Below, in pieces: positions 33,316 through 43,234 of a DNA stretch of 64,000 nucleotides. The DNA is from a virus. Taxonomy: Duplodnaviria; Heunggongvirae; Uroviricota; Caudoviricetes. The position numbers were made by a program, and so were the translations under genes. Location: the IMG/VR virus record IMGVR_UViG_3300029861_000002; one strand, given 5' to 3'. Numbering within the stretch: position 1 is the stretch's first letter; every line of letters starts with the position of its first letter. The notes beneath the pieces are model-generated. The model was not told the origin of the DNA. It was given only the letters and a program-made list of their open reading frames with translations, and ran no database searches.

Positions 33316-34564
33316 TGAAATTCGATTCTATGATACTTGTTCTTTGTTAAATGCTGGAGAAAGTATATTTGACAAAGAAGAAAAGTTTGTAGTTTCATCA
33401 ATCACTTTTAAAGAGCTTGAAAGAATTAAAACTGCTAGCAATAAAGATCTGGATATAAAGTATTCTGCTCGTTTGTTATTGCATCTGCTTGAAGAACATC
33501 CCGATATGTATGATGTTGTTGTCCATAGATTAGAGTACGAAGAAGCAATTAAAGAGCAATCTCTTGATGTAACAGATGATACAAGAATATTATCAGACGC
33601 TTTTTGGTATAATAATAAAGTTAGAGTAGACGAAACAGTCTTTGTAACAAATGATTTAAGCCTAAAAACGATAGCAAATTTATTCTTTGGTTCCGGAGAA
33701 ATAGAAAGCGTTGAATCAGATAATGATGATTATAGTGGCTATGTAGAAATAAAAGCAGATGATAGTTCATTGGCATCTTTTTATCAAGATCCGAGTTTCA
33801 ACCATTACAATCTTCATATTGGAGAATATTTAATTATTCGAGACCTTGATGGGAAAATTGTTGATATAAGGGTCTGGACAGGAGAAAATCATAGATACCT
33901 TAATTATAACAACTTTGATTCTATTTGGTTTGGTAATATTACACCATATAAAGAGGATGTTTATCAAAAACTTTTATTTGATAGTTTAAGTAATAATAGA
34001 ATTACTTTGATAAAAGGCCCCGCTGGTTCTGGTAAAACAATTATTAGTCTAGCTTATTTGATGTCTAAACTAGACAGAGGAGATTTAGACAGAATTGTCG
34101 TATTCTGTAATACAGTAGCAACAGCAAATAGTGCTAAATTAGGTTATTTACCCGGAACCCGCAATGAAAAGTTACTCGATTCCCAAATTGGAAATCTATT
34201 GATTTCTAAATTTGGCGGTAGAGATGGGGTAGAACAACTTATTGAGACAGATAAGTTAGTCCTTCTACCCATGAGTGATATTAGAGGTTATGACACATCT
34301 GGAATGAAGGCTGGTATCTATATCTCTGAAGCACAAAATCTTGATAGAACACTAATTAAACTCGCTCTCCAAAGAGTTGGCGAAGATTGTGTTTGCATTA
34401 TAGACGGCGATGCTAAAACTCAAGTTGATGATATTCATTTTGCAGGAAGTAACAATGGAATGAAACGTGTTTCTAAAGTTTATAGAGGTCATGATATTTA
34501 CGGAGAAGTTGAACTTCGTAACATTTATAGATCTAGAATTGCGAAAATTGCAGAAGATATTTAA
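33308..34564 (+). CDS. PhoH-like ATPase with N-terminal PIN domain (PhoH2/YlaK-like)
   Basis: The PIN-like N-terminus FYDTCSLL..TNDLSLKT is fused to a PhoH Walker A motif, LIKGPAGSGKT. 418 aa. Confidence 0.8.
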   Translation: MSNEIRFYDTCSLLNAGESIFDKEEKFVVSSITFKELERIKTASNKDLDIKYSARLLLHLLEEHPDMYDVVVHRLEYEEAIKEQSLDVTDDTRILSDAFWYNNKVRVDETVFVTNDLSLKTIANLFFGSGEIESVESDNDDYSGYVEIKADDSSLASFYQDPSFNHYNLHIGEYLIIRDLDGKIVDIRVWTGENHRYLNYNNFDSIWFGNITPYKEDVYQKLLFDSLSNNRITLIKGPAGSGKTIISLAYLMSKLDRGDLDRIVVFCNTVATANSAKLGYLPGTRNEKLLDSQIGNLLISKFGGRDGVEQLIETDKLVLLPMSDIRGYDTSGMKAGIYISEAQNLDRTLIKLALQRVGEDCVCIIDGDAKTQVDDIHFAGSNNGMKRVSKVYRGHDIYGEVELRNIYRSRIAKIAEDI

Positions 34565-34617
34565 GGAAGAGAGCTAAAACTCTCTTCCTTTTTTCATGCG
34601 TAAAAGGAGGGAGTAGA

Positions 34618-36027
34618 GTGGCTGATAATGCACAAACAATTTGGAATTATTTTAAATCAAAAGGATTTAGTGATTGCGGAATCGCGGGTCTAATGGGCAA
34701 TCTTTACGCAGAAAGCGGTCTTAGTCCAACTAATTTATAGAACTCATATGAAAAAAAGTTAAAGATGACTGATTCTGAATATACCTCCGCTGTTGATGAT
34801 GGAAGATACAAAAACTTTGTAAAAGACGGGGCTGGTTATGGTCTAGCTCAATGGACATTCTGGAGTAGAAAACAAAATCTGCTTTAGTTCTGTCAAAATC
34901 GTGGAAGATCCATTGGAGATTTAAACACTCAATTAGATTTTTTATATTAGGAGCTAATTACAAGTTTTTCTTCTTTAGTTAATATTTTAATTTCTGCCGT
35001 TTCTGTTGAAGCAGCATCTACAGCAGTACTGCTCTAGTTTGAAAAACCTGCGGATTAGAGCGTTTATGTTCAACAAAAGAGAACAAGTTATGGTCAATAG
35101 TATTATAATAAATTTGCTAACATTTCAAATATAGTTGAAGGAGGTAATAAAATGAAATATAGTGATAGCAATAAACCACTTCAATGCATGATGACTAATA
35201 GCACTTGCTATAAATAGACACGCACTATGCAAGTTAAAGGAATTTTATGGCATAGTACAGGCGCGAATAATCCTAATTTAAAAAGATATGTTCAACCTAG
35301 CGATAATGATCCCAACTATAATACTTTAATAAGTAAAATAGGAAAGAATACAAGTAAAAATGACTGGAATCATGTATCTATTCAAGCTGGGCTAAATTGC
35401 TGGATTGGCAAGCTAGCAGATGGAACAGTAACAACAATATAGACAATGCCATGGAATTATCGTCCTTGGGGATGTGGTTCTGGAACTAAAGGCTCTTGCA
35501 ATAATGGATGGATTCAATTTGAAATTTGCGAAGATGGATTAAATGATGCAGACTATTTTAATAAGATTTATGAAGAGGCTTGTTAGATTACTGCTTACTT
35601 ATGCAAGATGTATAATATAAATCCATTAGGAACAACTACCTTGAACGGTATTACCGTCCCAACTATTTTATGTCATGCTGATAGCCATAAGTTAGGATTA
35701 GGCTCTAATCATGCAGATGTAAACCACTGGTTTCCAAAATTTGGAAAAAGCATGGAAACAGCAAGAACAGATGTTTACAATTTAATGTCAAATGTTTAGG
35801 AGGATGATGAAGATATGACTGATGAAAAATTCGCTGAATTTATGAATACTTGGCTAACCAATAAAGCTAATGAAAAAGAGACATGGGGTTCCGATAATCT
35901 CGAATGGGCTAAGACAAATGGAATTATGGCCGGCGACAGCGCTGGAAGAATGATGCCAAACAAATTCTGTACTAGATTAGAAACAGTAACTATGATTAGA
36001 AGATTGGCGGAAAAGCTAGGACTTTAA
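34618..36027 (+). CDS. multidomain endolysin: tail-lysozyme-like domain + amidase-like domain + SLH cell-wall-binding domain (10 in-frame TAG)
   Basis: GTG start with RBS AAAGGAGGGAG. GLMGNLYAESGLSPTNL[TAG]NSYEKK...GYGLAQWTFW is a lysozyme-like domain. ILWHSTGANNP...CHADSHKLGLGSNHADVNHWF is an amidase-like domain. The C-terminal WAKTNGIMAGDSAGRMMPNKFCTRLETVTMIRRL matches the SLH motif. A single 470-codon frame has 10 TAG and no TAA/TGA until 36025. Confidence 0.65.
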
Positions 36028-36028
36028 G

Positions 36029-36373
36029 ATGAAAAAGATAGAATTTTCTAAGAAGCTCATAAATGATATTCGCTTGCTATTGTGGATTATAACCATATCA
36101 GGAATACTTTTAGCATTTATGTGCGTCTATATGGGTTATTTGGGGACTTTGCCATGGATTAGTGCTCTTATAGGTTTACCATGGAGTGCTCATGGTATAG
36201 TTTGCTCCTTCTATCTAACGATGGCTAAATCAGATCATAAAAAGGGTGGAATAACCTACGATTTAGCTTTAAAAGAAATTGAATCTAATTCCGCATCTAT
36301 ATATACTGTTTAGACAGAAGATTTTTCGGCATCTAATGATATTCCTATTGATCTCGATGGCCCTATTTAATAT
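36029..36373 (+). CDS. holin-like membrane protein (1 in-frame TAG)
   Basis: Two or three TM helices (LLLWIITISGILLAFMCVYMGY.. and ISALIGLPWSAHGIVCSFYL). Starts 2 nt after the endolysin stop. TAG at 36311 then 20 more codons to TAA. A terminator follows. Confidence 0.5.
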
Positions 36374-36412
36374 AAAGGCTTAATGGGTATTTATCCCATT
36401 AAGCCTTTATTT
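36374..36412 (+). terminator. rho-independent terminator after the lysis cassette
   Basis: AAAGGCTTAATGGG-tattta-TCCCATTAAGCCTTT + ATTTGTTT. Confidence 0.8.
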
Positions 36413-36496
36413 GTTTGTAGCTTGATTTTTCTTAAAATATATGATATTATATATTCAGAAAATGAAAAGAATTAAAATAAAGGAGATTTATGTCTT

Positions 36497-36958
36497 ATGA
36501 CTATATATACCGATGGTTCTTGCCTAGGTAATCCTGGGCCAGGAGGTTTTGGAGTTATTGTAGTTGATAATGATGTCGTTATAGACGCTTACTCAGAGCG
36601 TGAACCACAAACTACAAACAATAGAGAGGAAATGAAAGCTATTATATATGCGCTAGAACACTATGGCGCAAAAGAGGGAGATTTCTTTGTCCCAATAGTC
36701 TATAGCGATTCTTCTTATTGTGTAAATAGTTTCAATTCATGGATAAATAGCTGGAAAGCAAATGGATGGGTACGCGCAGGCGGAAAGAAACTTGAAAATC
36801 TTGATTTAATTAAAATTTATGATATGCTAAGACAAGATTACAAGATTGATCTAAGAAAAATTAAAGGTCATGATGGTGAGCTTTATAATGAACTAGCCGA
36901 CGCGTTAGCCACTGAAAGAATGACTAAAGAAGAAATTTTAAGAGAGTATGGTGAATAA
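36497..36958 (+). CDS. rnhA: ribonuclease HI
   Basis: MTIYTDGSCLGNPGPGGFGVIV...REEMKAIIYAL...SDSSYCVNS...KGHDG..YNELADALA is a canonical RNase H signature. 153 aa. Confidence 0.85.
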   Translation: MTIYTDGSCLGNPGPGGFGVIVVDNDVVIDAYSEREPQTTNNREEMKAIIYALEHYGAKEGDFFVPIVYSDSSYCVNSFNSWINSWKANGWVRAGGKKLENLDLIKIYDMLRQDYKIDLRKIKGHDGELYNELADALATERMTKEEILREYGE

Positions 36959-38848
36959 ATGGCTGGAAAATTATATGATGAAAAAAGTATTGAATCTCTT
37001 TCTCCTCTTGAATTTACTCGTTTAAGACCCGGAGTTTATTGCGGAGACACATCTACTTCCACGCAGTTAGTTGTAGAGATTGTCTCTAATGCTGTTGATG
37101 AATTTAGATTAGGTCATGGAAATTTAATCACAGTAGAAATCCATGGAGCAAGAGTCACAGTTGGTGATCAGGGACAAGGATTCATTCCAAATTCTTTTAG
37201 AGAAGATGGAAAGACAATTCTTGAAGCTGCTTTTAGTGTTTTAAACACAAGCGGAAAATATAGAGAAGATGGAACTTATGAAGGTACTTCTTTAGGTAGC
37301 TTTGGTATCGGTAGTAAACTCGCTACTTATCTCAGTCACGAATTAATTGTTACAACATATAGAGATGGACAGGGAGAGCGAATCACTTTTAATGAGGGAG
37401 TTTTCGCAGATAGAGATTCTACTGAGGTTGATAAAAATATTCATGGAACTTCTGTATTCTGGAGAGCAAGCGAGGAGTTTTTCACTGATCCTCGTCCAGA
37501 TGTAAAGGCTCTAACTGAACTGTTTAAAACTATTGTATGTCTCTGTCCGGGTTTAACTATTAAGCTCGATAACAACGGAGAAAAAACAGAATTCTTCTCA
37601 AAGAATGGTCTAATGGATTTACTAGACGAGGCCGTTAAAGGGAAAGAGATCTTAAAAAATCGTCTATCAATTAATTTTTCCGAAGCTAAAAATAAGTTGG
37701 ATTTAGCTCTAACTTATACAAATAATTATTCTTCTACCATTGTTCCTTATGTTAATACTGGTTTAACAGAAACAGGTCCACATATTACGCAAATTAAAAC
37801 CCTTTTAACAAGAGAAATGAATAAGTTTTTCCGTGAAAAAGGGTGGTTAAAAGAAAAAGACGATAATCTTACTGGCGAAGACTGTCAAGAAGGAATGTAT
37901 CTCGTCTTTAATATTACCGCCCCCAATGTAGCCTACGACGCACAGGTTAAGTCAAGAATCACAAAACTTGATATGAAACCATTTACGCAAGCAATAGCAG
38001 AGGAATTGCAATATTGGTTTGCAGCAAACGAAAAAGATATAAAAGGAATCGCGGACAAGGCGCTTAATGCGCGTAAAGCTAGAGAAGCAGCCAGAAAAGC
38101 TAGAGAAGCAGCCAGAGGATTAAAGCCTAAAAAAGAAAATGGACTAAAGGCAAAAATGCAAATTAGTAATAAATTTATTGATTGCATAAACAAAAATCCC
38201 AAAGAGCGAAATTTACTTCTCGTAGAGGGTTTGTCTGCTGGCGCTTCTGCCGTAGAAGCCCGCAATCCAAAAACAGACTGTATTTATATGCTAAGAGGTA
38301 AAATTATTTCTCCCTTGAAAACTGCCATAGAGAAGATTTTATCTAACCAAGAAATGTCTGATGTAGTTAGAGTTATAGGTGGTGGATTTGGTACTTCTTT
38401 TGATGTATCAAAGATAAACTTTGATAAAGTAGTTATTACCGCTGATGCTGATAGCGATGGAGCAGATATTGAGCTAATGCTTATTACATTCTTTTTTACT
38501 TATATGCGTCCATTGGTAGAGGCAGGTAAGCTATATCGAGCTGTAACCCCCTTATATATTGTTCGCCAAAGAGGAAACGAATACTACTGTTACTCTGACG
38601 ATGAGCTAGAAGAGTGGAAAAAAAGTCATAATGGCTCTTATGATATTTTAAGAGCAAAAGGACTCGGAGAATTAAATCCAGAAGATTTGCAGAAAGTTTG
38701 CTTCATGAACGAAAGATATAAGAGAATCACTATCTCTGATGCAGAAGAGGCTACAAAGCTATTAAATGTCCTTATGGGTAGTGCAGTTGAACCTAGAAAG
38801 CAATATATTTATGACAATGCCAATGAGCTTGGATTTAATTTTGATTAA
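36959..38848 (+). CDS. type II DNA topoisomerase, ATPase (GyrB/ParE-like) subunit
   Basis: 629 aa with a GHKL ATPase N-terminus (EIVSNAVDE, GxGxG region) and a TOPRIM C-terminal region (LLVEGLSAGAS). Adjacent to the A subunit. Confidence 0.85.
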   Translation: MAGKLYDEKSIESLSPLEFTRLRPGVYCGDTSTSTQLVVEIVSNAVDEFRLGHGNLITVEIHGARVTVGDQGQGFIPNSFREDGKTILEAAFSVLNTSGKYREDGTYEGTSLGSFGIGSKLATYLSHELIVTTYRDGQGERITFNEGVFADRDSTEVDKNIHGTSVFWRASEEFFTDPRPDVKALTELFKTIVCLCPGLTIKLDNNGEKTEFFSKNGLMDLLDEAVKGKEILKNRLSINFSEAKNKLDLALTYTNNYSSTIVPYVNTGLTETGPHITQIKTLLTREMNKFFREKGWLKEKDDNLTGEDCQEGMYLVFNITAPNVAYDAQVKSRITKLDMKPFTQAIAEELQYWFAANEKDIKGIADKALNARKAREAARKAREAARGLKPKKENGLKAKMQISNKFIDCINKNPKERNLLLVEGLSAGASAVEARNPKTDCIYMLRGKIISPLKTAIEKILSNQEMSDVVRVIGGGFGTSFDVSKINFDKVVITADADSDGADIELMLITFFFTYMRPLVEAGKLYRAVTPLYIVRQRGNEYYCYSDDELEEWKKSHNGSYDILRAKGLGELNPEDLQKVCFMNERYKRITISDAEEATKLLNVLMGSAVEPRKQYIYDNANELGFNFD

Positions 38849-38865
38849 ATGATGGTGGTGGAATA

Positions 38866-41229
38866 ATGAGTTTAATTACTGAAGTTGATATTCTTGATGA
38901 AGCTAAAGAAAACTTCTTAACTTATGCAGAAGAGGTTCTTACTGATAGAGCTATCCCAGCCGCAGAAGATGGACTTCTAAGCGCCCAAAGAAAAATTCTT
39001 TGGACTATGGAAGATTATTTAAAGATGGATAATAAGAGTAAAACAAAAAAGTGTAATGCTATTGTTGGCTCTACTCTTGCAACATCTTACTTCCATGGTG
39101 ATATAGCTTGCTATGGCGTTTTGAGAAAAATGGCTCAATCATTTTTAATGAGATACCCACTGATTACAGGTCAGGGGCAACTGGGAACTCAAGAAAATAA
39201 TGATATGTTTTCATCCTCTCGTTATACAGAGGCTAAACCTTCATTATTTGCTGATTTAATGATGAATGACTACAAGAAGGAAGTCGTTCCAGTTAAAGAA
39301 ACTTATAATGGAGAATTTATGGAACCTGTAGTTCTTCCTTCTTTATTTCCTAATGCTATCTGTAACGGACGACAAGCTATCGGAATTTCTATGGCGCATA
39401 ATTCAGCCCCGCATAATTTAACAGAGGTATGTAACGCAGCCATTGCTCTAATCGAAAAGGGCGATCTTACTATTGATGAATTGCTTTCTTATATGCCCGG
39501 GCCAGATTTCCCTCTTGGCGGAACTGTCCTAAATATCAAAGATATAAAGTCCGCATTTGAAACTGGAAAATCAAAAATCTCTCTTAAAATTCAAGGCGAC
39601 TATGAGATAGATGGGCAAACAATTACCTTTACAAGTATCCCTTATCGAACTTACAGAAACAAGATAAAGGAGCAAATTGAAAAGAATATAGACACATTTA
39701 GTGAGCTATTGGATGATTTCGATGATGAATCCAATATTGGGCAAAATAAGTTAGTATTCCATATAAAATCTGGTGTATCTGTTTCTAAAGCTCTTAATAC
39801 CTTATTCCTGCTAACTGATTTACAATCTACTCTATCATACAATATGAATTATATTGTAAATGGAACTCCTAAATTATGCTCAATGCTGGATTTGCTTAAA
39901 GAATACATTAAACATCAAGAGACTGTATTAATTAGCGCTACTAAATTTGATAAAGAGAAAGCCGAAGCAAGAGCACACGTTCTTGAAGGGCTAATCGCCG
40001 CAGTTGATAAAATTGATGAAGTAATCAGTTTAATTAAGCAGTCTGCGGGAAGGGCAGATGCGAAAGCAAAGTTGATTGAGTTCTTATCTGTTGATGATAT
40101 TCAAGCTGGTGCCATCTTGGATATGAAATTAGGAAAACTTACAAGAATTGATAAGGATGAATTAATAAATGAGCTTCAAGAAAAGAGAAGTTTTATTGCT
40201 CAATGTGTAGAAATTCTAACAAAGCAAGAAGTTAGAAATCTTAAACTTACTGCTAAAATTAAAGAACTTCGAGATAAATATGGTGATGCCAGAAGAACAA
40301 AACTTCTAAATACCGATATTCCTAAGGCTGAGAAAGAGCAAGTAGTAGTAGAAGCCAAAGACTGTATGGTAATAGTAACAAAAAAGAATACCATAAAAAG
40401 AATAGATATAAAGAATTTTAAGTCTCAGAAGAGAAATACTACTGGGGTAAAGACCAATGGAGATATTACAGTATTTTCACAAAAAACCAATACACAAGAT
40501 ATGTTGATGGTCTTTTCTTCAAAAGGAAAAATGTATCGTGTCCTTGTTGATAATATTCCCGAGGGAACTAATACTTCTGTTGGCACTCCGTTATCAGCAA
40601 TTATTGAATTTGAAGATAATGAAGTTCCTATTGCTTATACTACTTTAGCAAGAGATACAGATAAAAAGTTTATATTCTTTGCTACAAAACGAGGAATTAT
40701 TAAAAAGGTTCCCTTAGAAGAGTATGATGCAATGAAGAGAACTGGTATCGTTGCTATTAAGCTAAAAGAAAACGACGAGCTTTCTTCAATCACATTTATC
40801 AATCAAGAGGAAATGATGTTAGTTACAAAGAATGGTATGGTTATTAGATTCCCAACTGCGGAAATGCCAATTTCTTCCAGAACCGCGCAAGGAGTTAAGG
40901 GCATGAATGTTGCAGAAGATGATTATGTAATTGCAGCATTGCCTATCGACCAATCTAAATATTTGGCTATTGTTTCTTCTAACGGATTAGGAAAAAAGGT
41001 TGAGTTAAAAGAATTTACATTGCAAAACCGTGGAGGAAAGGGCATCTCCTGTTATAAAGGTGCTATCTCGGGTGCAGAGTTAGTGAATGATGATGATCTG
41101 ATTTTAATTTCTGGAAATAAAACTTCTATAGTTATTAAAGTGTCAGATTTTCCTTTGTTAAATAGAACTTCTATGGGAAATATTATGCTGAAAGATAATG
41201 AGCAAATAATTTCAACATCTAAGATTTAA
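38866..41229 (+). CDS. type II DNA topoisomerase, subunit A (GyrA/ParC-like)
   Basis: 787 aa. LSAQRKILWTM, DGLKPVQRR-type N-terminus and the catalytic Tyr region. Follows the B subunit. Confidence 0.85.
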   Translation: MSLITEVDILDEAKENFLTYAEEVLTDRAIPAAEDGLLSAQRKILWTMEDYLKMDNKSKTKKCNAIVGSTLATSYFHGDIACYGVLRKMAQSFLMRYPLITGQGQLGTQENNDMFSSSRYTEAKPSLFADLMMNDYKKEVVPVKETYNGEFMEPVVLPSLFPNAICNGRQAIGISMAHNSAPHNLTEVCNAAIALIEKGDLTIDELLSYMPGPDFPLGGTVLNIKDIKSAFETGKSKISLKIQGDYEIDGQTITFTSIPYRTYRNKIKEQIEKNIDTFSELLDDFDDESNIGQNKLVFHIKSGVSVSKALNTLFLLTDLQSTLSYNMNYIVNGTPKLCSMLDLLKEYIKHQETVLISATKFDKEKAEARAHVLEGLIAAVDKIDEVISLIKQSAGRADAKAKLIEFLSVDDIQAGAILDMKLGKLTRIDKDELINELQEKRSFIAQCVEILTKQEVRNLKLTAKIKELRDKYGDARRTKLLNTDIPKAEKEQVVVEAKDCMVIVTKKNTIKRIDIKNFKSQKRNTTGVKTNGDITVFSQKTNTQDMLMVFSSKGKMYRVLVDNIPEGTNTSVGTPLSAIIEFEDNEVPIAYTTLARDTDKKFIFFATKRGIIKKVPLEEYDAMKRTGIVAIKLKENDELSSITFINQEEMMLVTKNGMVIRFPTAEMPISSRTAQGVKGMNVAEDDYVIAALPIDQSKYLAIVSSNGLGKKVELKEFTLQNRGGKGISCYKGAISGAELVNDDDLILISGNKTSIVIKVSDFPLLNRTSMGNIMLKDNEQIISTSKI

Positions 41230-41262
41230 AGATAAGAGTAGCTTTGCTACTCTTATCTTTAG
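41230..41262 (+). terminator. rho-independent terminator
   Basis: AGATAAGAGTAGC-ttt-GCTACTCTTATCT + TTAG. Confidence 0.7.
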
Positions 41263-41335
41263 TTGACTTTTATTTTTAATAAGAATATAATATTATATAT
41301 AATAAAAGTAATATTATAATAAGAAAGGTTATAGT

Positions 41336-41530
41336 ATGGACGATAGAGATAAATTAAAAAAGATTGCTCTCTTTGCTCTAGCGGGTATTGTTATATTATT
41401 TGTAATAATGATTTCTATTGCATTACCACTTATTCTAATGATTAAAGTTAGTGTTTGGTTTATACTCCTCTACGCAATTCCTATCGGGGCGTTTTTGGGA
41501 GTGTATGTTTATTATGAGGAGTTTGATTAA
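41336..41530 (+). CDS. small membrane protein
   Basis: 64 aa with two TM helices. Promoter motif upstream. Confidence 0.45.
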   Translation: MDDRDKLKKIALFALAGIVILFVIMISIALPLILMIKVSVWFILLYAIPIGAFLGVYVYYEEFD

Positions 41531-42618
41531 TGTATCCTGAAGCTAAAATGATAGATGCAATGAAGGTATGGAAACTTCCTTCTGGAAAAGAATCTATGCT
41601 TTCAGAAATTTGCCAGTCTGGAGACTACTTCCTAGAAGAAAAGATTGACGGCTATTGGTATGAGTATGAAAAAACAGAGAATTATAGCTATCTTTTTTCG
41701 CGAAATACCAGTACCACAACAGGGCTGCTCTCCGAAAAAGGAGCTAATGTTCCCCATATTATGGAAGCTCTTGATTGTATGCCTCCTAATACAATTTTAA
41801 TAGGAGAAATATATTACCCTGGGTGTACTTCTAAAACAGTAACAACTGTTATGGGATGTTTACCAGAACTAGCTGTTAAAAGACAAGCAAATAATCCAAT
41901 TCATTATTATATACATGATATAATTGAGTATGATGGAATTAACTTAATTAATCTGGGCGCAGAAGATAGATATAAGATTCTTACTGGTGTATGGAATAGA
42001 CATAATTTATCTCAATATGATTTCTTGAAATTGGCTCTAAAGATTACTGAAAATCTTGAAGAAGAGATTTCTAAAATCTTAAACTCTGGAGGAGAAGGAG
42101 CTGTTTTAAAGAAAAAGGATTATCCATATACTCCGGGTAAACGTCCAGCTTGGTCTACAGTAAAAGTCAAACAAATGGATTCTATTGATTTAGTTTGCAC
42201 AGGTCTCTGTCCTCCAACAAAGGAATACACTGGGAAAGAGCTAGATACATGGCCATATTGGGAAAGTCCTGATGGTGAGCTATGTGATTTTATTGATGCT
42301 GTACCTAAAGGAGACTTAATCACGGAAGGGTATGTTCCAATAACTAAATACTATTATAATGGCTGGAAATCAGCTATTAAAATTGGAGCATACGATAATG
42401 ATAATAATTTAGTTGATCTTGGCACAGTTAGCTCAGGTATTACGGATGATATGAAAAGGCTAATGACAGAGTTTCCAGGAAACTTTGTTGGACACGTAGT
42501 AGCTCTTGATTGTATGTCCATCAATAGAAAAGATCATACCCTACGACACCCTGTTTTCAAATGTATGAGGGATGATAAGGATGCTAAAGACTGTCTCATA
42601 GATGAAATTTTTAAATAA
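41530..42618 (+). CDS. ATP-dependent DNA ligase
   Basis: Motif I EEKIDGYW (KxDG) and a later GGEGAVLKKKD..PGKRP region, which are ligase motifs IV-V. 362 aa. Confidence 0.65.
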   Translation: MYPEAKMIDAMKVWKLPSGKESMLSEICQSGDYFLEEKIDGYWYEYEKTENYSYLFSRNTSTTTGLLSEKGANVPHIMEALDCMPPNTILIGEIYYPGCTSKTVTTVMGCLPELAVKRQANNPIHYYIHDIIEYDGINLINLGAEDRYKILTGVWNRHNLSQYDFLKLALKITENLEEEISKILNSGGEGAVLKKKDYPYTPGKRPAWSTVKVKQMDSIDLVCTGLCPPTKEYTGKELDTWPYWESPDGELCDFIDAVPKGDLITEGYVPITKYYYNGWKSAIKIGAYDNDNNLVDLGTVSSGITDDMKRLMTEFPGNFVGHVVALDCMSINRKDHTLRHPVFKCMRDDKDAKDCLIDEIFK

Positions 42619-42688
42619 ATCTGTTTGACACTAAAATAAAATTATTGTATTATATATTTGTAATTCAGGGATAAAGGATAGAAATTAT

Positions 42689-42895
42689 ATGACCCGAAAA
42701 TAGATGAAAAAGCTCGCTAAAGAACTATATTAGTGTGAGCAAATTCACCAAAATGAATCTTCCTCAAAAGAGGAAAAATCCCGGGCTGAAAATCGAATTA
42801 TGCAAATCACTAATTAGATTATGGCATTGAATGACGGGATAAATATTTTGCTAGAAATTGATGTTATGGTTCAAGATTTAGCAACACAACAATAA
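42689..42895 (+). CDS. small coiled-coil protein (3 in-frame TAG)
   Basis: 68-codon frame MTRK[TAG]MKKLAKELY[TAG]CE..., open only if TAG is read. Weak RBS. Low confidence. Confidence 0.3.
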
Positions 42896-42925
42896 ATAAT
42901 ATATTTTAAAGGAGAATGTCTAATT

Positions 42926-43192
42926 ATGGCAGCTATGAAAGAAAATACTCGTAAGGTTTTAGATTATTTAAAGGAAAACAATGATACTAATTTGACAGCC
43001 GCAGATGTTGCTGAAGCTCTCGGTCTTGAGAAGCGTCAAGTTGATGGTATCTTTACTTCTGCGTTCCAGCGCAAGGGATTGGGCGAGCGCGTTCCCGATG
43101 AAGTAACTCTTGAGGATGGTTCCCATCAGAAGGTAAAGTATCTTCGTCTTACCCAGAGTGGTCTTGATCTAGATCCCGACGCACAAGAGTAA
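42926..43192 (+). CDS. hypothetical protein (possible winged-helix DNA-binding)
   Basis: 88 aa with RBS AAAGGAGAA. A terminator follows at about 43198-43232. Confidence 0.5.
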   Translation: MAAMKENTRKVLDYLKENNDTNLTAADVAEALGLEKRQVDGIFTSAFQRKGLGERVPDEVTLEDGSHQKVKYLRLTQSGLDLDPDAQE

Positions 43193-43197
43193 TGTCT

Positions 43198-43232
43198 ATC
43201 GGGAAGAGTTTTAACTCTTCCCGATTTTTTAA
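43198..43232 (+). terminator. rho-independent terminator
   Basis: ATCGGGAAGAGTT-ttaa-CTCTTCCCGAT + TTTTTAATT. Confidence 0.8.
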
Positions 43233-43234
43233 TT

